Positions 10,276-20,408 are shown, counted from the first letter of the stretch. The stretch is 64,000 nucleotides of DNA from an uncultured bacterium (GCA_965552055.1 CBEVQO010000001.1:320001-384000), one strand, 5' to 3'. Numbers and translations: made by a program. The notes: generated by a model from the letters alone, not told the origin.

Positions 10276-10742
10276 CAGCCTGTTTTTAAAGCAAAAGGAG
10301 TATATGTTAATTGCCTTGAAATTTCAAGTCTATGACCCAATATCTCTGTTATTTTTTCGCCCACCTCTTTTATCTTATCTAATTCATAACCGTTTTTAAT
10401 CATTTCGAGATGCACAGATGTGTATTTATGTAGTATTTCGTCTATTGACTGTATTGTCTTTAAAATTGCTTCTCTTGTTTCCTTTGCATCTTCTCTCTGC
10501 ATTTTCAGATATTTCAGATTGAACTCTATTTGTTCTCGCAAAGCCGTGAGCTCTGTTCTCATTTTTTCTCTCTCTGCCTCAAGTCGCATTTTCAGCTGAT
10601 TTGTCCTTTCCTGTTCAATCTTCCACTCCATGAATTTAACAGCGCAATCTTTCATGGCATCTATCAGTTCGGTAATTATGAAAATTCGGCTCAAAATTTT
10701 ACCGGTTACAACCTTGACAGGGGGTTTAGGAGATTTCTTCAT
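10275..10742 (-). CDS. Small coiled-coil protein with amphipathic N-terminus, apparent paralog of downstream ORF
   Basis: GGAGG RBS upstream; overlaps end of CARF-HEPN gene; aligns by eye with the 137-aa ORF. Confidence 0.8.
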   Translation of the reverse strand: MKKSPKPPVKVVTGKILSRIFIITELIDAMKDCAVKFMEWKIEQERTNQLKMRLEAEREKMRTELTALREQIEFNLKYLKMQREDAKETREAILKTIQSIDEILHKYTSVHLEMIKNGYELDKIKEVGEKITEILGHRLEISRQLTYTPFALKTG

Positions 10743-12078
10743 AGCACCTCCTTATTTCATAAAAGGGATTTTCACCCGTTGAAACATCAACATGCGAAAG
10801 AAGTATTTTTATATCTTTAAACAACTCTTTTATGCCCTTTCCGTAATGCTTTTCAATATCCTCCTTATCTATTCCCTCATATCCATGTGCACCTATTGAT
10901 TTATGCCTTAATGACACCAGTTTATGTAGATTATCAAGAATAGATTCGACTTCCGGATTTACTTTGCCTTCGGTATTTAAGTTCTTAAAAATACATTTCA
11001 GTAGATAAAGGGAAATCGTTTCCAGCCTTAATTTTTCCTTTTCTATTATCTCTTTACATTTTTCCTTGCATTCTTCGATAAATTTATCGTCCTCCAATGG
11101 CAATCCCCAGTATTTATACATTATCAGCCTGTATATCATCTGTATGAATGTGTAAAGTCGTGTTAACATGTCGATATATTCTCCTTTCTTCTCTTTTAGT
11201 TGCATATTGTAATATAATTCAGTCAGTTTCTTTTTAAAACCTGTTATGTCTTTTTTCAACAATTCATCTATTTCTACCTTGTGTCTTATGAGGATATCCT
11301 GAAGATGTCCTTTTTCGTCCTTTATTGCCATTTCCAGATATTCCTTTGCTTTTTCAAACAGGAATAATTCTCTATAGTAAAGGTAATTATAAACATTACT
11401 TTTATCAATATGCATTGCTCCATAAAAATCATAATGTTCGATTAGTGCTTTTGTATTCATTTTTGCGAATGTCTGAGAAATCTCTTTCCCCAACCTTAAA
11501 TTTATGGGTATTGATTCACCTTTTGTATCTATTTCTTTTGAGTAATAAATTTCGACCTTTTCTCCGAAGTATTTTACTGCCTGAAAAGCGAGAGCAAAAT
11601 TACATGCAGGTGTGCCACCTGTAATCGATACAAAAATTCTATCATAAGATTTATGCAATCCTTTCTCCATAAATTTTTTCATCCTGCCGTCATAATAATC
11701 TAGCATCAAATCATAAATGTTGGGTTGAAGTGTGATACAATCAGAAATATGAATTGTCCCCAATTTTCTAAACCCTTTTTCTTTTCTCTTTTTTTCATCC
11801 AAAAATTTTTTGATTATCTGTGCATAAAATATCGTATCTTTCTTTTTAAACTTTTCATCTTCCTGATCCGTTGCAAACATTACGATATCAAGAATCTCCG
11901 TACGCTTGAAAATTTCTTTAAGTACAGGTTCTATAATTGGTAATTTTATTTTAGTTTTGAACTTCTCATAGTTAAGTAATAAATATTCGCCTTTTTCCCT
12001 TGGTACCTGAGGCAAAGAAGGGATATCTATTAAGATATCATTATTACCTATATTTATGAATAAGACATCTTTACCCAT
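10726..12078 (-). CDS. Csm6/Csx1-like CARF-HEPN ribonuclease (cyclic oligoadenylate effector)
   Basis: CARF-like INIGNND..MFATDQ..KDTIFYA..VSITGGTPA; C-terminal HEPN RHKSIGAHG; directly downstream of csm5. Confidence 0.85.
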   Translation of the reverse strand: MGKDVLFINIGNNDILIDIPSLPQVPREKGEYLLLNYEKFKTKIKLPIIEPVLKEIFKRTEILDIVMFATDQEDEKFKKKDTIFYAQIIKKFLDEKKRKEKGFRKLGTIHISDCITLQPNIYDLMLDYYDGRMKKFMEKGLHKSYDRIFVSITGGTPACNFALAFQAVKYFGEKVEIYYSKEIDTKGESIPINLRLGKEISQTFAKMNTKALIEHYDFYGAMHIDKSNVYNYLYYRELFLFEKAKEYLEMAIKDEKGHLQDILIRHKVEIDELLKKDITGFKKKLTELYYNMQLKEKKGEYIDMLTRLYTFIQMIYRLIMYKYWGLPLEDDKFIEECKEKCKEIIEKEKLRLETISLYLLKCIFKNLNTEGKVNPEVESILDNLHKLVSLRHKSIGAHGYEGIDKEDIEKHYGKGIKELFKDIKILLSHVDVSTGENPFYEIRRCYEEIS

Positions 12079-13130
12079 CCCGGTGGTATTACATTTTCTC
12101 CTTTCATGATGACTGCACGGGTATCGGGCAGATATTTTTTCAATCTCCTTTTAGTCCAGTATTTTGTATTTTGATAATTTTCCCACTGCCTTAAAATATC
12201 CTTATCATCTTTTATCAACATAATAACCGTTTGACACCAGAATGTTTTACCAAATCCTATTCTACCTATGCATTCGTTTTGCTTTAAACTTTTCATCTTA
12301 TATAAGAGGTCTTCATAAAAATCTATCAAACTTCTTATAGGATTATCTTCTTTTGCTTTCTTTATCTCATTTATTTCCATTTTTATGAATTCTTCGAAGA
12401 ATTCGTTTACTATTTTAAAAATGTTCTTCAAGTCTGTGAACACATCTTTTAAATTTTTGTTTAATATCGGTATATTTAAAAGATTTATTTCGGAATTGAT
12501 TTTTGTATTTTCAACTATTGCTTCGCATGGCTGTGGTACTCCTTTCACCCTCTTTGCAATGTATAATCTTCTTACATTGAAAATTTTAATATTTTTTTCT
12601 TCGATAAATTCACTATCTTTTATAAGCAAATTTTTAAATGGGTCTCTATGAGGGTCGCCAAAAATTCTTCTATTGAGCTCAGAAAATTCATATTTTGCTC
12701 TTTTCTTCCATATATTCCTGATTTCCTTTTTTAACAATGAGATATTGTTTTTCAAATAATGATATGCAACGCATGTTCTTATCATTCCTTTTATGGAAGT
12801 TCCGGGCATATAATATTTTCCGTCGGTCTTTATATACGATGAAATTTCACCACTTATTTCATCATCTGCAGGTATCTCCCTTTCTATAACATCATCAAAT
12901 CTTACCCCATGCTTCCGGGCAAATCTTTTGATATCTTTCCCAGATTTTATCTCCCCTGTTTTTACTTCTGATATATATTCCTCGATAATTCCCTTTTCCG
13001 AAAGTTTTTCCATGAGTTTACTCTCGGATATTATTCTCACCTTTCCGCTTTCACAAATGTAATCTATGGAGTGATATTTCTGTTCACTTCCTATATGTAC
13101 AGGGCTTAATGTTTCGATAACCAGTTTCAT
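12054..13130 (-). CDS. csm5: Type III-A RAMP protein Csm5
   Basis: ETLSPVHIGS, YMPGTSIKGMIRT, IGRIGFGKTF, PPGWV; position after csm4. Confidence 0.92.
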   Translation of the reverse strand: MKLVIETLSPVHIGSEQKYHSIDYICESGKVRIISESKLMEKLSEKGIIEEYISEVKTGEIKSGKDIKRFARKHGVRFDDVIEREIPADDEISGEISSYIKTDGKYYMPGTSIKGMIRTCVAYHYLKNNISLLKKEIRNIWKKRAKYEFSELNRRIFGDPHRDPFKNLLIKDSEFIEEKNIKIFNVRRLYIAKRVKGVPQPCEAIVENTKINSEINLLNIPILNKNLKDVFTDLKNIFKIVNEFFEEFIKMEINEIKKAKEDNPIRSLIDFYEDLLYKMKSLKQNECIGRIGFGKTFWCQTVIMLIKDDKDILRQWENYQNTKYWTKRRLKKYLPDTRAVIMKGENVIPPGWVKMSYS

Positions 13131-14104
13131 TTTACACCGAATTTTATTCCAAAATTTATACCATAATGATAGACAGGATGCTCCAGTTTCCCTGTATCTA
13201 TTTTATACAATTCGCCATGGGGGATGTTTTTAATAACGCTTCCTTCCTTTATCATCATTATTCTTGGTTTCAAATATCCAGTGCCTCCTATTGATGTTAT
13301 CCATCCTCCTCTTGGTATTATCTGATATGATATGAAATCGCAATTCTTAAGGTCAGCGTCAGATGGATATACGAGTGATAGATTTACACAATATTCCCCA
13401 TCTTTTATATTTAACTCAATTTCTCCTTCTTCAATTTCAAACCTTCCTGCTCCTGATGAGCGCTCAGCACCTATTCCCTCTTCAGCCATAAGCTCAAAAT
13501 AGTAAGTTTCGTCACCCAGATAAAGGAAATAAAAGAAAGGTCTAACATCTTTGTAATTTATACCATAAAGAAATGTCTGATAAAAAGGAACAGAACCCCT
13601 CTGTAGCCTGTCAATTCCGACACTTACTTCATCGTGGAATACAAAAATCTCAATCCCGTATTCGGGTAGCTCATCTTCCATAACACCAAACTTACCAAAG
13701 GTTACCCTGCCAAAAGGTGCGGAAGTAAGAAGTGTATCATCAAGTAATTTGACATTGTTCAATATTTCTTCAAAAAGTTTCAGAGATACATATTTTACTC
13801 TTCTTAATCTTTTTTTCATCTCTTCTTCATCATCTGTTTTTTCTGGTTTTATAAAAGGTCTTGGTAAGAAATAAATTTCCTTATCGTTGATTTGAATTCC
13901 GAGGAAAGCCGAAGAGAGCAAGAACTTGCCTTTTAGCGTTTTTTCTATTATTTCCTCTGCTTTATTTTTGTCCAATTTTGCAACAGAATTTATGAGTGCA
14001 GAATAAAGTGTATCCGAAGGGATATAATCGATTTCGTATTTCGGCATACCTATTTTTAGTTTGATACCTGTTTTACTCTTTAATTTTATCGCTTTAAACT
14101 TCAT
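13127..14104 (-). CDS. csm4: Type III-A RAMP protein Csm4
   Basis: IPSDTLYSAL, LSSAF, GIGAERSSGAGRF, RGGWI, HPVYHYG. Confidence 0.92.
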   Translation of the reverse strand: MKFKAIKLKSKTGIKLKIGMPKYEIDYIPSDTLYSALINSVAKLDKNKAEEIIEKTLKGKFLLSSAFLGIQINDKEIYFLPRPFIKPEKTDDEEEMKKRLRRVKYVSLKLFEEILNNVKLLDDTLLTSAPFGRVTFGKFGVMEDELPEYGIEIFVFHDEVSVGIDRLQRGSVPFYQTFLYGINYKDVRPFFYFLYLGDETYYFELMAEEGIGAERSSGAGRFEIEEGEIELNIKDGEYCVNLSLVYPSDADLKNCDFISYQIIPRGGWITSIGGTGYLKPRIMMIKEGSVIKNIPHGELYKIDTGKLEHPVYHYGINFGIKFGVK

Positions 14105-15038
14105 TTTTGAATCTCTCCCATATTTCATCTATCTTTTCTTTTAACTCTTCAACACTCTTTAATGTGTCGATTTCGACTGGTTTTTCTTTTGTTCTATAAT
14201 GTTTTTGTGTTTTGATTTTTACTTTTATTTCTTTGAATTTAACCTTTCCATATCCTCTTGAGCCCGAGCCTCCCAGATAATCGTCTTCCAGCAATCCCAT
14301 TGCTGTTATAAATGCGGTGAAGAAATTTTTGTCTCTATCGGTGTCATAGACATTAAAAACGAAATCTCCTTTAAATTCTGCACCTGCAGGTACTCTCTCG
14401 AAGTGCCTTGGATTTGCAGCAGATGTCAATCTATCAATTGTGTTTTCGAATTTCGCCTCGGTATAAAGGTTGTCTTCCGCTAGCTCGGGGAAGTCCTTTT
14501 TGAACTTCTCTTCATCGAGCAAAGCATCCCTAGCATATAGGCGTGTTGGCTCAGAAGAAGAATGCTCAGCAGGTCTACCAAAAGTTACGCATATTTCACA
14601 ATCATCCCTCGGGCAAATATGTATAAATACACCTCCCTGCTCATGCCAGTTATACTTTTCTTTCAATTCTTTTTTTATATTTTCTAATTCTTTTTCAATT
14701 TTCTCTTTTTCTCTTTCTTTGCTTTTTCTCTCTTCTGATTTTCTTGGGTCATTTTTTTCTTGTTGTTTAAGCATTTTTATTTCTTTCTCTAATTTTTTCT
14801 TTTCTTCTTCCTTTTCCCTGTAAGGTTTAAGAGGCTTTAAATCTTTTTCTTTTCTTTCGAGCAGGCATCTCATTTTACCTTTTATTGAGCTACCAGGGAT
14901 AAAGGGCACTCCTCTTGGATCTTTTATAACAGGATTATCGAGTCCTCCTATTTCCAGTGTCTCTTTTCCAGCCCCTATTGACAAACCCGTTTTCGCCTCT
15001 AAAACATACTCTATTATTATCTTGCCCAATAAACGCAT
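14094..15038 (-). CDS. csm3: Type III-A backbone RNase Csm3, with ~55-aa charged insertion
   Basis: GLSIGAG..GGLDNPVIKDP..PFIPGSSIKGKMR, ENTIDR, ERVPAG, LGGSGSRGYG. Confidence 0.95.
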   Translation of the reverse strand: MRLLGKIIIEYVLEAKTGLSIGAGKETLEIGGLDNPVIKDPRGVPFIPGSSIKGKMRCLLERKEKDLKPLKPYREKEEEKKKLEKEIKMLKQQEKNDPRKSEERKSKEREKEKIEKELENIKKELKEKYNWHEQGGVFIHICPRDDCEICVTFGRPAEHSSSEPTRLYARDALLDEEKFKKDFPELAEDNLYTEAKFENTIDRLTSAANPRHFERVPAGAEFKGDFVFNVYDTDRDKNFFTAFITAMGLLEDDYLGGSGSRGYGKVKFKEIKVKIKTQKHYRTKEKPVEIDTLKSVEELKEKIDEIWERFKNEV

Positions 15039-15039
15039 A

Positions 15040-15405
15040 TCACCCCCTTGAGTTAAAATATTTGTGATAGGCTATTATGCCCTCAAATAGCTGTTTGAAT
15101 TTTTCCACATTTGATTCTGTTTTGATACTTTGTATTACTTCTTCAAGCGCTTCGCAGAAATCTCCAAGTTCTTTCTGTCTGGCTCCTGCGTATGCCAATC
15201 TATATCTCATTAAAGCGAGTTCCTCGGGTTTATTAATCGTCATTATTTTGCTATAAATGCTTCTTAATTGATGCATTGAAACTTTTTTCAGCTTTTCTGC
15301 GCACTTCCTTATCCTGTCTACAAATTCATTTCCTTCTAATGAGAGAATATCAGCGAGAATTTGTTTATAGGGATTTTTGTCCTTACTTGCTTTTCTCTCA
15401 TTCAT
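15040..15405 (-). CDS. csm2: Type III-A small subunit Csm2
   Basis: HQLRSIY, RLAYAGAR, FEGIIAYHKY; lies between cas10 and csm3. Confidence 0.92.
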   Translation of the reverse strand: MNERKASKDKNPYKQILADILSLEGNEFVDRIRKCAEKLKKVSMHQLRSIYSKIMTINKPEELALMRYRLAYAGARQKELGDFCEALEEVIQSIKTESNVEKFKQLFEGIIAYHKYFNSRG

Positions 15406-17558
15406 GGCTCCCTCCTTCTTAATTTAAAATCTACCAATCTTGCTGCAACAGCAAGCAAATGTTTATTCTCTACTTTCATATCTTCTATCATATTTCTGAT
15501 GATTATATCCTGATTTATCTTTACTAGTTTTTCTATCGAATCTTTTATATTTTTCTTTTTTGCTTCGTGTCGCAAATAATATGCGAATCTCCATACCTTT
15601 TTCACATTTATCTTGTTGTGAAGCGAGTCCTCAAGCAATGCTCCGAAGCCCTTTGTTGCCTTTATAATTTTGCGACAAATACGCAATGCATCCTCTTTGC
15701 TTTCAATATCGGAGAGTTTCTCAAGCTCATCTTTTATCTCGTTAAGATACATAAATTCATCGCTGTTAAATATTTCACCCATAACATTTATGTTGTTCTT
15801 CATCTCTATGCTTACACCATTAACTTTTTCGATTTTCTTCTTCCCCTTTGCTTTCTCGAGGCGTTCTTCAGCTATCCTTACTGCTCTTATCACAGGAAAT
15901 TTCTCATCTATAATAGTATAACTGCCACTCATTGTTACATATTTGTTTTTTGCAACAAATTCTTTAAATGTATGTCTCATCTCACACAGTAAATTATAAA
16001 CTTTATCCCATGCACCGAAAAGAAGGGTATCGTCTCCACCGGAGAATACAAGATAAATATTTTCGCTGTATCCCTTATTTTCTCTGATTAATTTCGGGAA
16101 ATATAATGAAAAGAATAAGTGCATCATATTGCTCAATCTCATTCTTTCGAGGAAAGTTGCATCTTTTATTCCTTTAGAGAATATTTTGCCAAGATTATCC
16201 ACATCGCATTTCAATATTCCAAGTGCCTTTATGCCTTCGCTTCCCTGTGCTATTTCATCAAAGTCTTTAATATTGTTATTTGTCATCGGCAAATTCAAAG
16301 GTATGAATTTAAAACCATCGACATCCATCTTTGTATCGTTTATCTCATAATAAATCCCATCTGGACCTTTGCTTTCTGCAAATCCGATATCAAATCCCAA
16401 TTTTTCGAATATCATTTTGTAATTCTGTGCTTCAACATTATTGCACTCTTTTTCGTAAAAATATTTCGCAGTTTTTAATTCATTCGTAAGTTGTTGGAAA
16501 CTTTCGCAGTATTCGCAAATGCCATTTTCTTCTTTCGCTTCCCTGAAATTACATATTTTACATGGCTTTCCCTTAATTTCAACAGAATTAAATATTTCTG
16601 GCAAAATGTCTTTAAACTTCCTGTTCTTATCGCGATTTACTTTTGAGAAAAGTATTTTGTATTTTTCATTTAATTTATCTGGCTGTGATATATCCATTGC
16701 ATTTAATTTTTCCCATGCTATTGCGATATAAATTTCGCCCCGATGCACCTCCCATAATATTTCGTGAATTTGCTTTTTTAAATCTTTTAGCCTATCTTCG
16801 TCCTTTAATCTGGCTATCATCTGGAAATTTGCGCCACCGCAATACAATAGATTGCTGATAGGTAAATTTAAGTTCTTCAGGATGAATTTTGCAATAAACT
16901 CGCATAATAAATCGAGATAAAGTGAGCGTCCTCTTAACGATTTTGCAGCTCCTTTTGATGGAATATCAAAGATAAAATTTTGCACCCCGGAGATATCACC
17001 TGCGATTATTAAACATACATCTTTTTCGGGATTACTTTCAATTTCGTTCAAAACAGATTCGTCTGCACCATACTGGTCGAATATCGCGAGCGCAAGCGAT
17101 GACAAAAGCTTAGATGCTTCAAAAATGGAAACAGATTCAAGGGAAGAATATTGAAGCGGATAAAAGAAGAAATATTTTTCTATAAGGTGCAACAATTTTA
17201 TGAAAGGTTTGTTATAATAAAGGTCTGTATTTTTGATAGCGTTTTGTAAATTATTCCATTCTTTTTGCAATTCCTTTTTGAATTCATCGATGCAATTTAT
17301 TTTTGCTGGATTATTACAAGGTATATTTAATTTAGTTGCGAGGAGTGGTTCTTTATTATGAAATTTTTTGGTATCCTGTTTAAATATTTTTGAGAAGATG
17401 GAGAGGCAATTTTCGATTTGTGTTTTTTGTTTATTTTTGAAAATAAGGTTATATGCTATTTTAACGGGAGGAGCATTGAAAGGCAGATTGAGGTTCAAAT
17501 TGGAGATTTCATTTACGGGATACAAAAGAGCACCGAGATATAGCTCGGTTCTCCTCAT
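15402..17558 (-). CDS. cas10: Cas10/Csm1 with intact Palm cyclase motifs and degenerate HD domain
   Basis: GDISGVQNFIF, KSLRGRS, CKIC..CEYC Zn finger, KCDVDNLG, FSGGDD; N-terminal GALLYPVNE in place of ALLHDIGK. Confidence 0.95.
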   Translation of the reverse strand: MRRTELYLGALLYPVNEISNLNLNLPFNAPPVKIAYNLIFKNKQKTQIENCLSIFSKIFKQDTKKFHNKEPLLATKLNIPCNNPAKINCIDEFKKELQKEWNNLQNAIKNTDLYYNKPFIKLLHLIEKYFFFYPLQYSSLESVSIFEASKLLSSLALAIFDQYGADESVLNEIESNPEKDVCLIIAGDISGVQNFIFDIPSKGAAKSLRGRSLYLDLLCEFIAKFILKNLNLPISNLLYCGGANFQMIARLKDEDRLKDLKKQIHEILWEVHRGEIYIAIAWEKLNAMDISQPDKLNEKYKILFSKVNRDKNRKFKDILPEIFNSVEIKGKPCKICNFREAKEENGICEYCESFQQLTNELKTAKYFYEKECNNVEAQNYKMIFEKLGFDIGFAESKGPDGIYYEINDTKMDVDGFKFIPLNLPMTNNNIKDFDEIAQGSEGIKALGILKCDVDNLGKIFSKGIKDATFLERMRLSNMMHLFFSLYFPKLIRENKGYSENIYLVFSGGDDTLLFGAWDKVYNLLCEMRHTFKEFVAKNKYVTMSGSYTIIDEKFPVIRAVRIAEERLEKAKGKKKIEKVNGVSIEMKNNINVMGEIFNSDEFMYLNEIKDELEKLSDIESKEDALRICRKIIKATKGFGALLEDSLHNKINVKKVWRFAYYLRHEAKKKNIKDSIEKLVKINQDIIIRNMIEDMKVENKHLLAVAARLVDFKLRRREP

Positions 17559-17563
17559 TATAA

Positions 17564-17590
17564 ATTATACCTCCTTTTCCAGCATGTCAA
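17564..17590 (-). promoter_or_regulatory. Sigma70-type promoter of cas10 operon (TTGACA-N15-TATAAT), probably leaderless
   Basis: tgtcaa at 17585-17590 and attata at 17564-17569 on the plus strand; ATG 5 nt downstream of the -10. Confidence 0.7.
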
Positions 17591-17703
17591 GAATTTTTTC
17601 AAAAAATTTTTCATCTCATTATTATATACGAGTGAGAGTGCAAAAATGTGACAAAAAATTTTCAAAAATTTCAAAAGAACAGGATTCGATGACAAAACTT
17701 AAA

Positions 17704-20266
17704 GTCCCAATCCCTTATAAATGGACTCAAAACCTAAACAAGTTTCAATCCCTTATAGCAGGCTCGAAACTATCCGAGAGATTGCTTGGAAGTGTGGTGG
17801 TATGCTTTAAAGTTTCAATCCCTTATAGGTAGGCTCGAAACAGGTAAATAAAAGGAGGCGACTATGAACTTAAAAAATTTGTTTCAATCCCTTATAGGTA
17901 GGCTCGAAACATATTCGATTGGATATGATGTTGTCATAGCTCGACAAAGTTTCAATCCCTTATAGGTAGGCTCGAAACTTTCTTATCGGATTATTGGTTT
18001 ATTGGCTTTTATCAAGTTTCAATCCCTTATAGGTAGGCTCGAAACTTTTACTCGCCTCGCCAATTCGCAGTCGATTTAGATGTTTCAATCCCTTATAGGT
18101 AGGCTCGAAACTACCCATCTGGGAGAGGAAACGCTTGAAGAAGATTTGTTTCAATCCCTTATAGGTAGGCTCGAAACCAAGACCAAGTTGTCCTCGCCAC
18201 GCTCCACACTTCTTAGTTTCAATCCCTTATAGGTAGGCTCGAAACTTTGACATCGATTTCTGCCTTTTTGATGATTTTGTCGTTTCAATCCCTTATAGGT
18301 AGGCTCGAAACGAGATACTCAGGGAAGAATAATAGGAGCAAAGTCTCGTTTCAATCCCTTATAGGTAGGCTCGAAACCTTAAATTTAATGGTAGGAACAT
18401 TAAGAAGTATATAAGTTTCAATCCCTTATAGGTAGGCTCGAAACCGGCCGTGAAGCGTATCATGGATGACCTCGTGCCTTACGTTTCAATCCCTTATAGG
18501 TAGGCTCGAAACGCTGAAAAGCCCCGTTGAAGGTGACATCAGAGAAGGTGTGTTTCAATCCCTTATAGGTAGGCTCGAAACCTAAATGGAGCAAAGCCAG
18601 CCTCGTAATCGGGCTGTGGTTTCAATCCCTTATAGGTAGGCTCGAAACTCTTGTGGCGTGAATGTATCTCTGACATAATATTCATCGTTTCAATCCCTTA
18701 TAGGTAGGCTCGAAACTATGCTTGTGACGAGTTTGAAAGACAATTCCCTTACAGGTGTTTCAATCCCTTATAGGTAGGCTCGAAACGAATTACTATACAG
18801 GCGGAATACAGAATAATGCATTAGTTTCAATCCCTTATAGGTAGGCTCGAAACTTAGCAGGTGCAACGGCAACAGGCACCGCAGGTGTTATAGTTTCAAT
18901 CCCTTATAGGTAGGCTCGAAACTCCGTTAGTCTGCAAAGGCATGAACGCAGATTTTGAGTTTCAATCCCTTATAGGTAGGCTCGAAACTCGCTTTTTCGA
19001 CATTTACCAGGTCAAAATTTTCGATGTTTCAATCCCTTATAGGTAGGCTCGAAACTTTTATATTAAAAAGTATAATTTAAATATTAATCCTGTGTTTCAA
19101 TCCCTTATAGGTAGGCTCGAAACGGGATAGGTATATAGCCACACTTCCTTATTTCCCCATGTTTCAATCCCTTATAGGTAGGCTCGAAACGGATAGGAAA
19201 GCGGCGCCGTTGATTTTCAAAAAGGAGTTTCAATCCCTTATAGGTAGGCTCGAAACGATCCTCGATTCGATCATTTTCGTGTCCGCAAATGGTTTCAATC
19301 CCTTATAGGTAGGCTCGAAACTGGAGGTGGTATGTTGAAGTTGTTTTTAAAAGAACAATGTTTCAATCCCTTATAGGTAGGCTCGAAACGTTAATGAGGA
19401 GGATTGATGTATCGATTGTTGACATATGTTTCAATCCCTTATAGGTAGGCTCGAAACATCAATTTTAAGAGATTTGCCTGGTGGTCCAATAGGCCTTTCA
19501 ATCCCTTATAGGTAGGCTCGAAACGAGTTTTATATTAAATGCACAAAATGCAATAAAATACTTTCAATCCCTTATAGGTAGGCTCGAAACTGTCGAAGCC
19601 TCTTCTTCTTGTTGAAGTTGATGAAATTTCTTTCAATCCCTTATAGGTAGGCTCGAAACGGGAAAAATATCGTCAGTATTTGCGTGCTAATGTCGTTCTT
19701 TCAATCCCTTATAGGTAGGCTCGAAACAAAATTTTCAAAAGAAGAAATTGAACTTGCTAAAAACTTTCAATCCCTTATAGGTAGGCTCGAAACTAGATTT
19801 GCCATCATCTTCGGGCAGGGGACTCAATGTCTTTCAATCCCTTATAGGTAGGCTCGAAACGAAAATTGAGGAGATTGAATGGAGTGAGAAAGAATTCTTT
19901 CAATCCCTTATAGGTAGGCTCGAAACCTATTAAGAGGTTTAGGTAGTTTGGTTTGTAATCGTTCTTTCAATCCCTTATAGGTAGGCTCGAAACATTCCAT
20001 GCGTCTGCTTCTTCACGAGTAGTGTTGCCAACTTTCAATCCCTTATAGGTAGGCTCGAAACGTGGTTTTACAGGTGGAATACATGATATAATCGAAGCTT
20101 TCAATCCCTTATAGGTAGGCTCGAAACAGAGTGGATAGAGGAATTCTTTGCCGAACCTGTATTAACTTTCAATCCCTTATAGGTAGGCTCGAAACGAAAC
20201 AGCGAAGAATTGTATTACGATGGGCATAGGATAACGCTTTCAATCCCTTATAGGTAGGCTCGAAAC
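17704..20266 (-). CRISPR. CRISPR array 1: 39 repeats / 38 spacers; repeat GTTTCGAGCCTACCTATAAGGGATTGAAAC on minus strand
   Basis: 25 canonical repeats 17812-19457; 12 leader-proximal variants ending GAAAG 19495-20266; two degenerate trailer repeats at 17704 and 17742 separated by 8 bp. Confidence 0.98.
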
Positions 20267-20408
20267 CCGTTTTTCAAAGAGCTCTTTTTCATTATTTTAT
20301 AATGATTTTCGTAGATTGTCAAGCTCATTTTTTGAAAAAATTCTGTGTCGACCCCCGATAGCCCCGGAACCCCAGGGGATCGACAATCCGCTTCACTACA
20401 TTATTTCC
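20267..20408 (-). promoter_or_regulatory. CRISPR leader of array 1
   Basis: Near-identical inverted copy of about 59251-59392; contains GTCGAtCCCC..GGGGGTCGAC inverted repeat and TTGACA/TATAAAAT promoter. Confidence 0.9.

Noticed and set aside
17704..17770. Degenerate repeat pair with an 8-bp spacer next to the cas10 promoter as a CreA/CreR-like regulatory mini-array
   Set aside because: Spacer is too short and I found no complementary target; ordinary trailer-end decay explains it
17368..17832. 154-aa plus-strand ORF
   Set aside because: Antisense to cas10 and runs through the promoter and array trailer; shadow ORF
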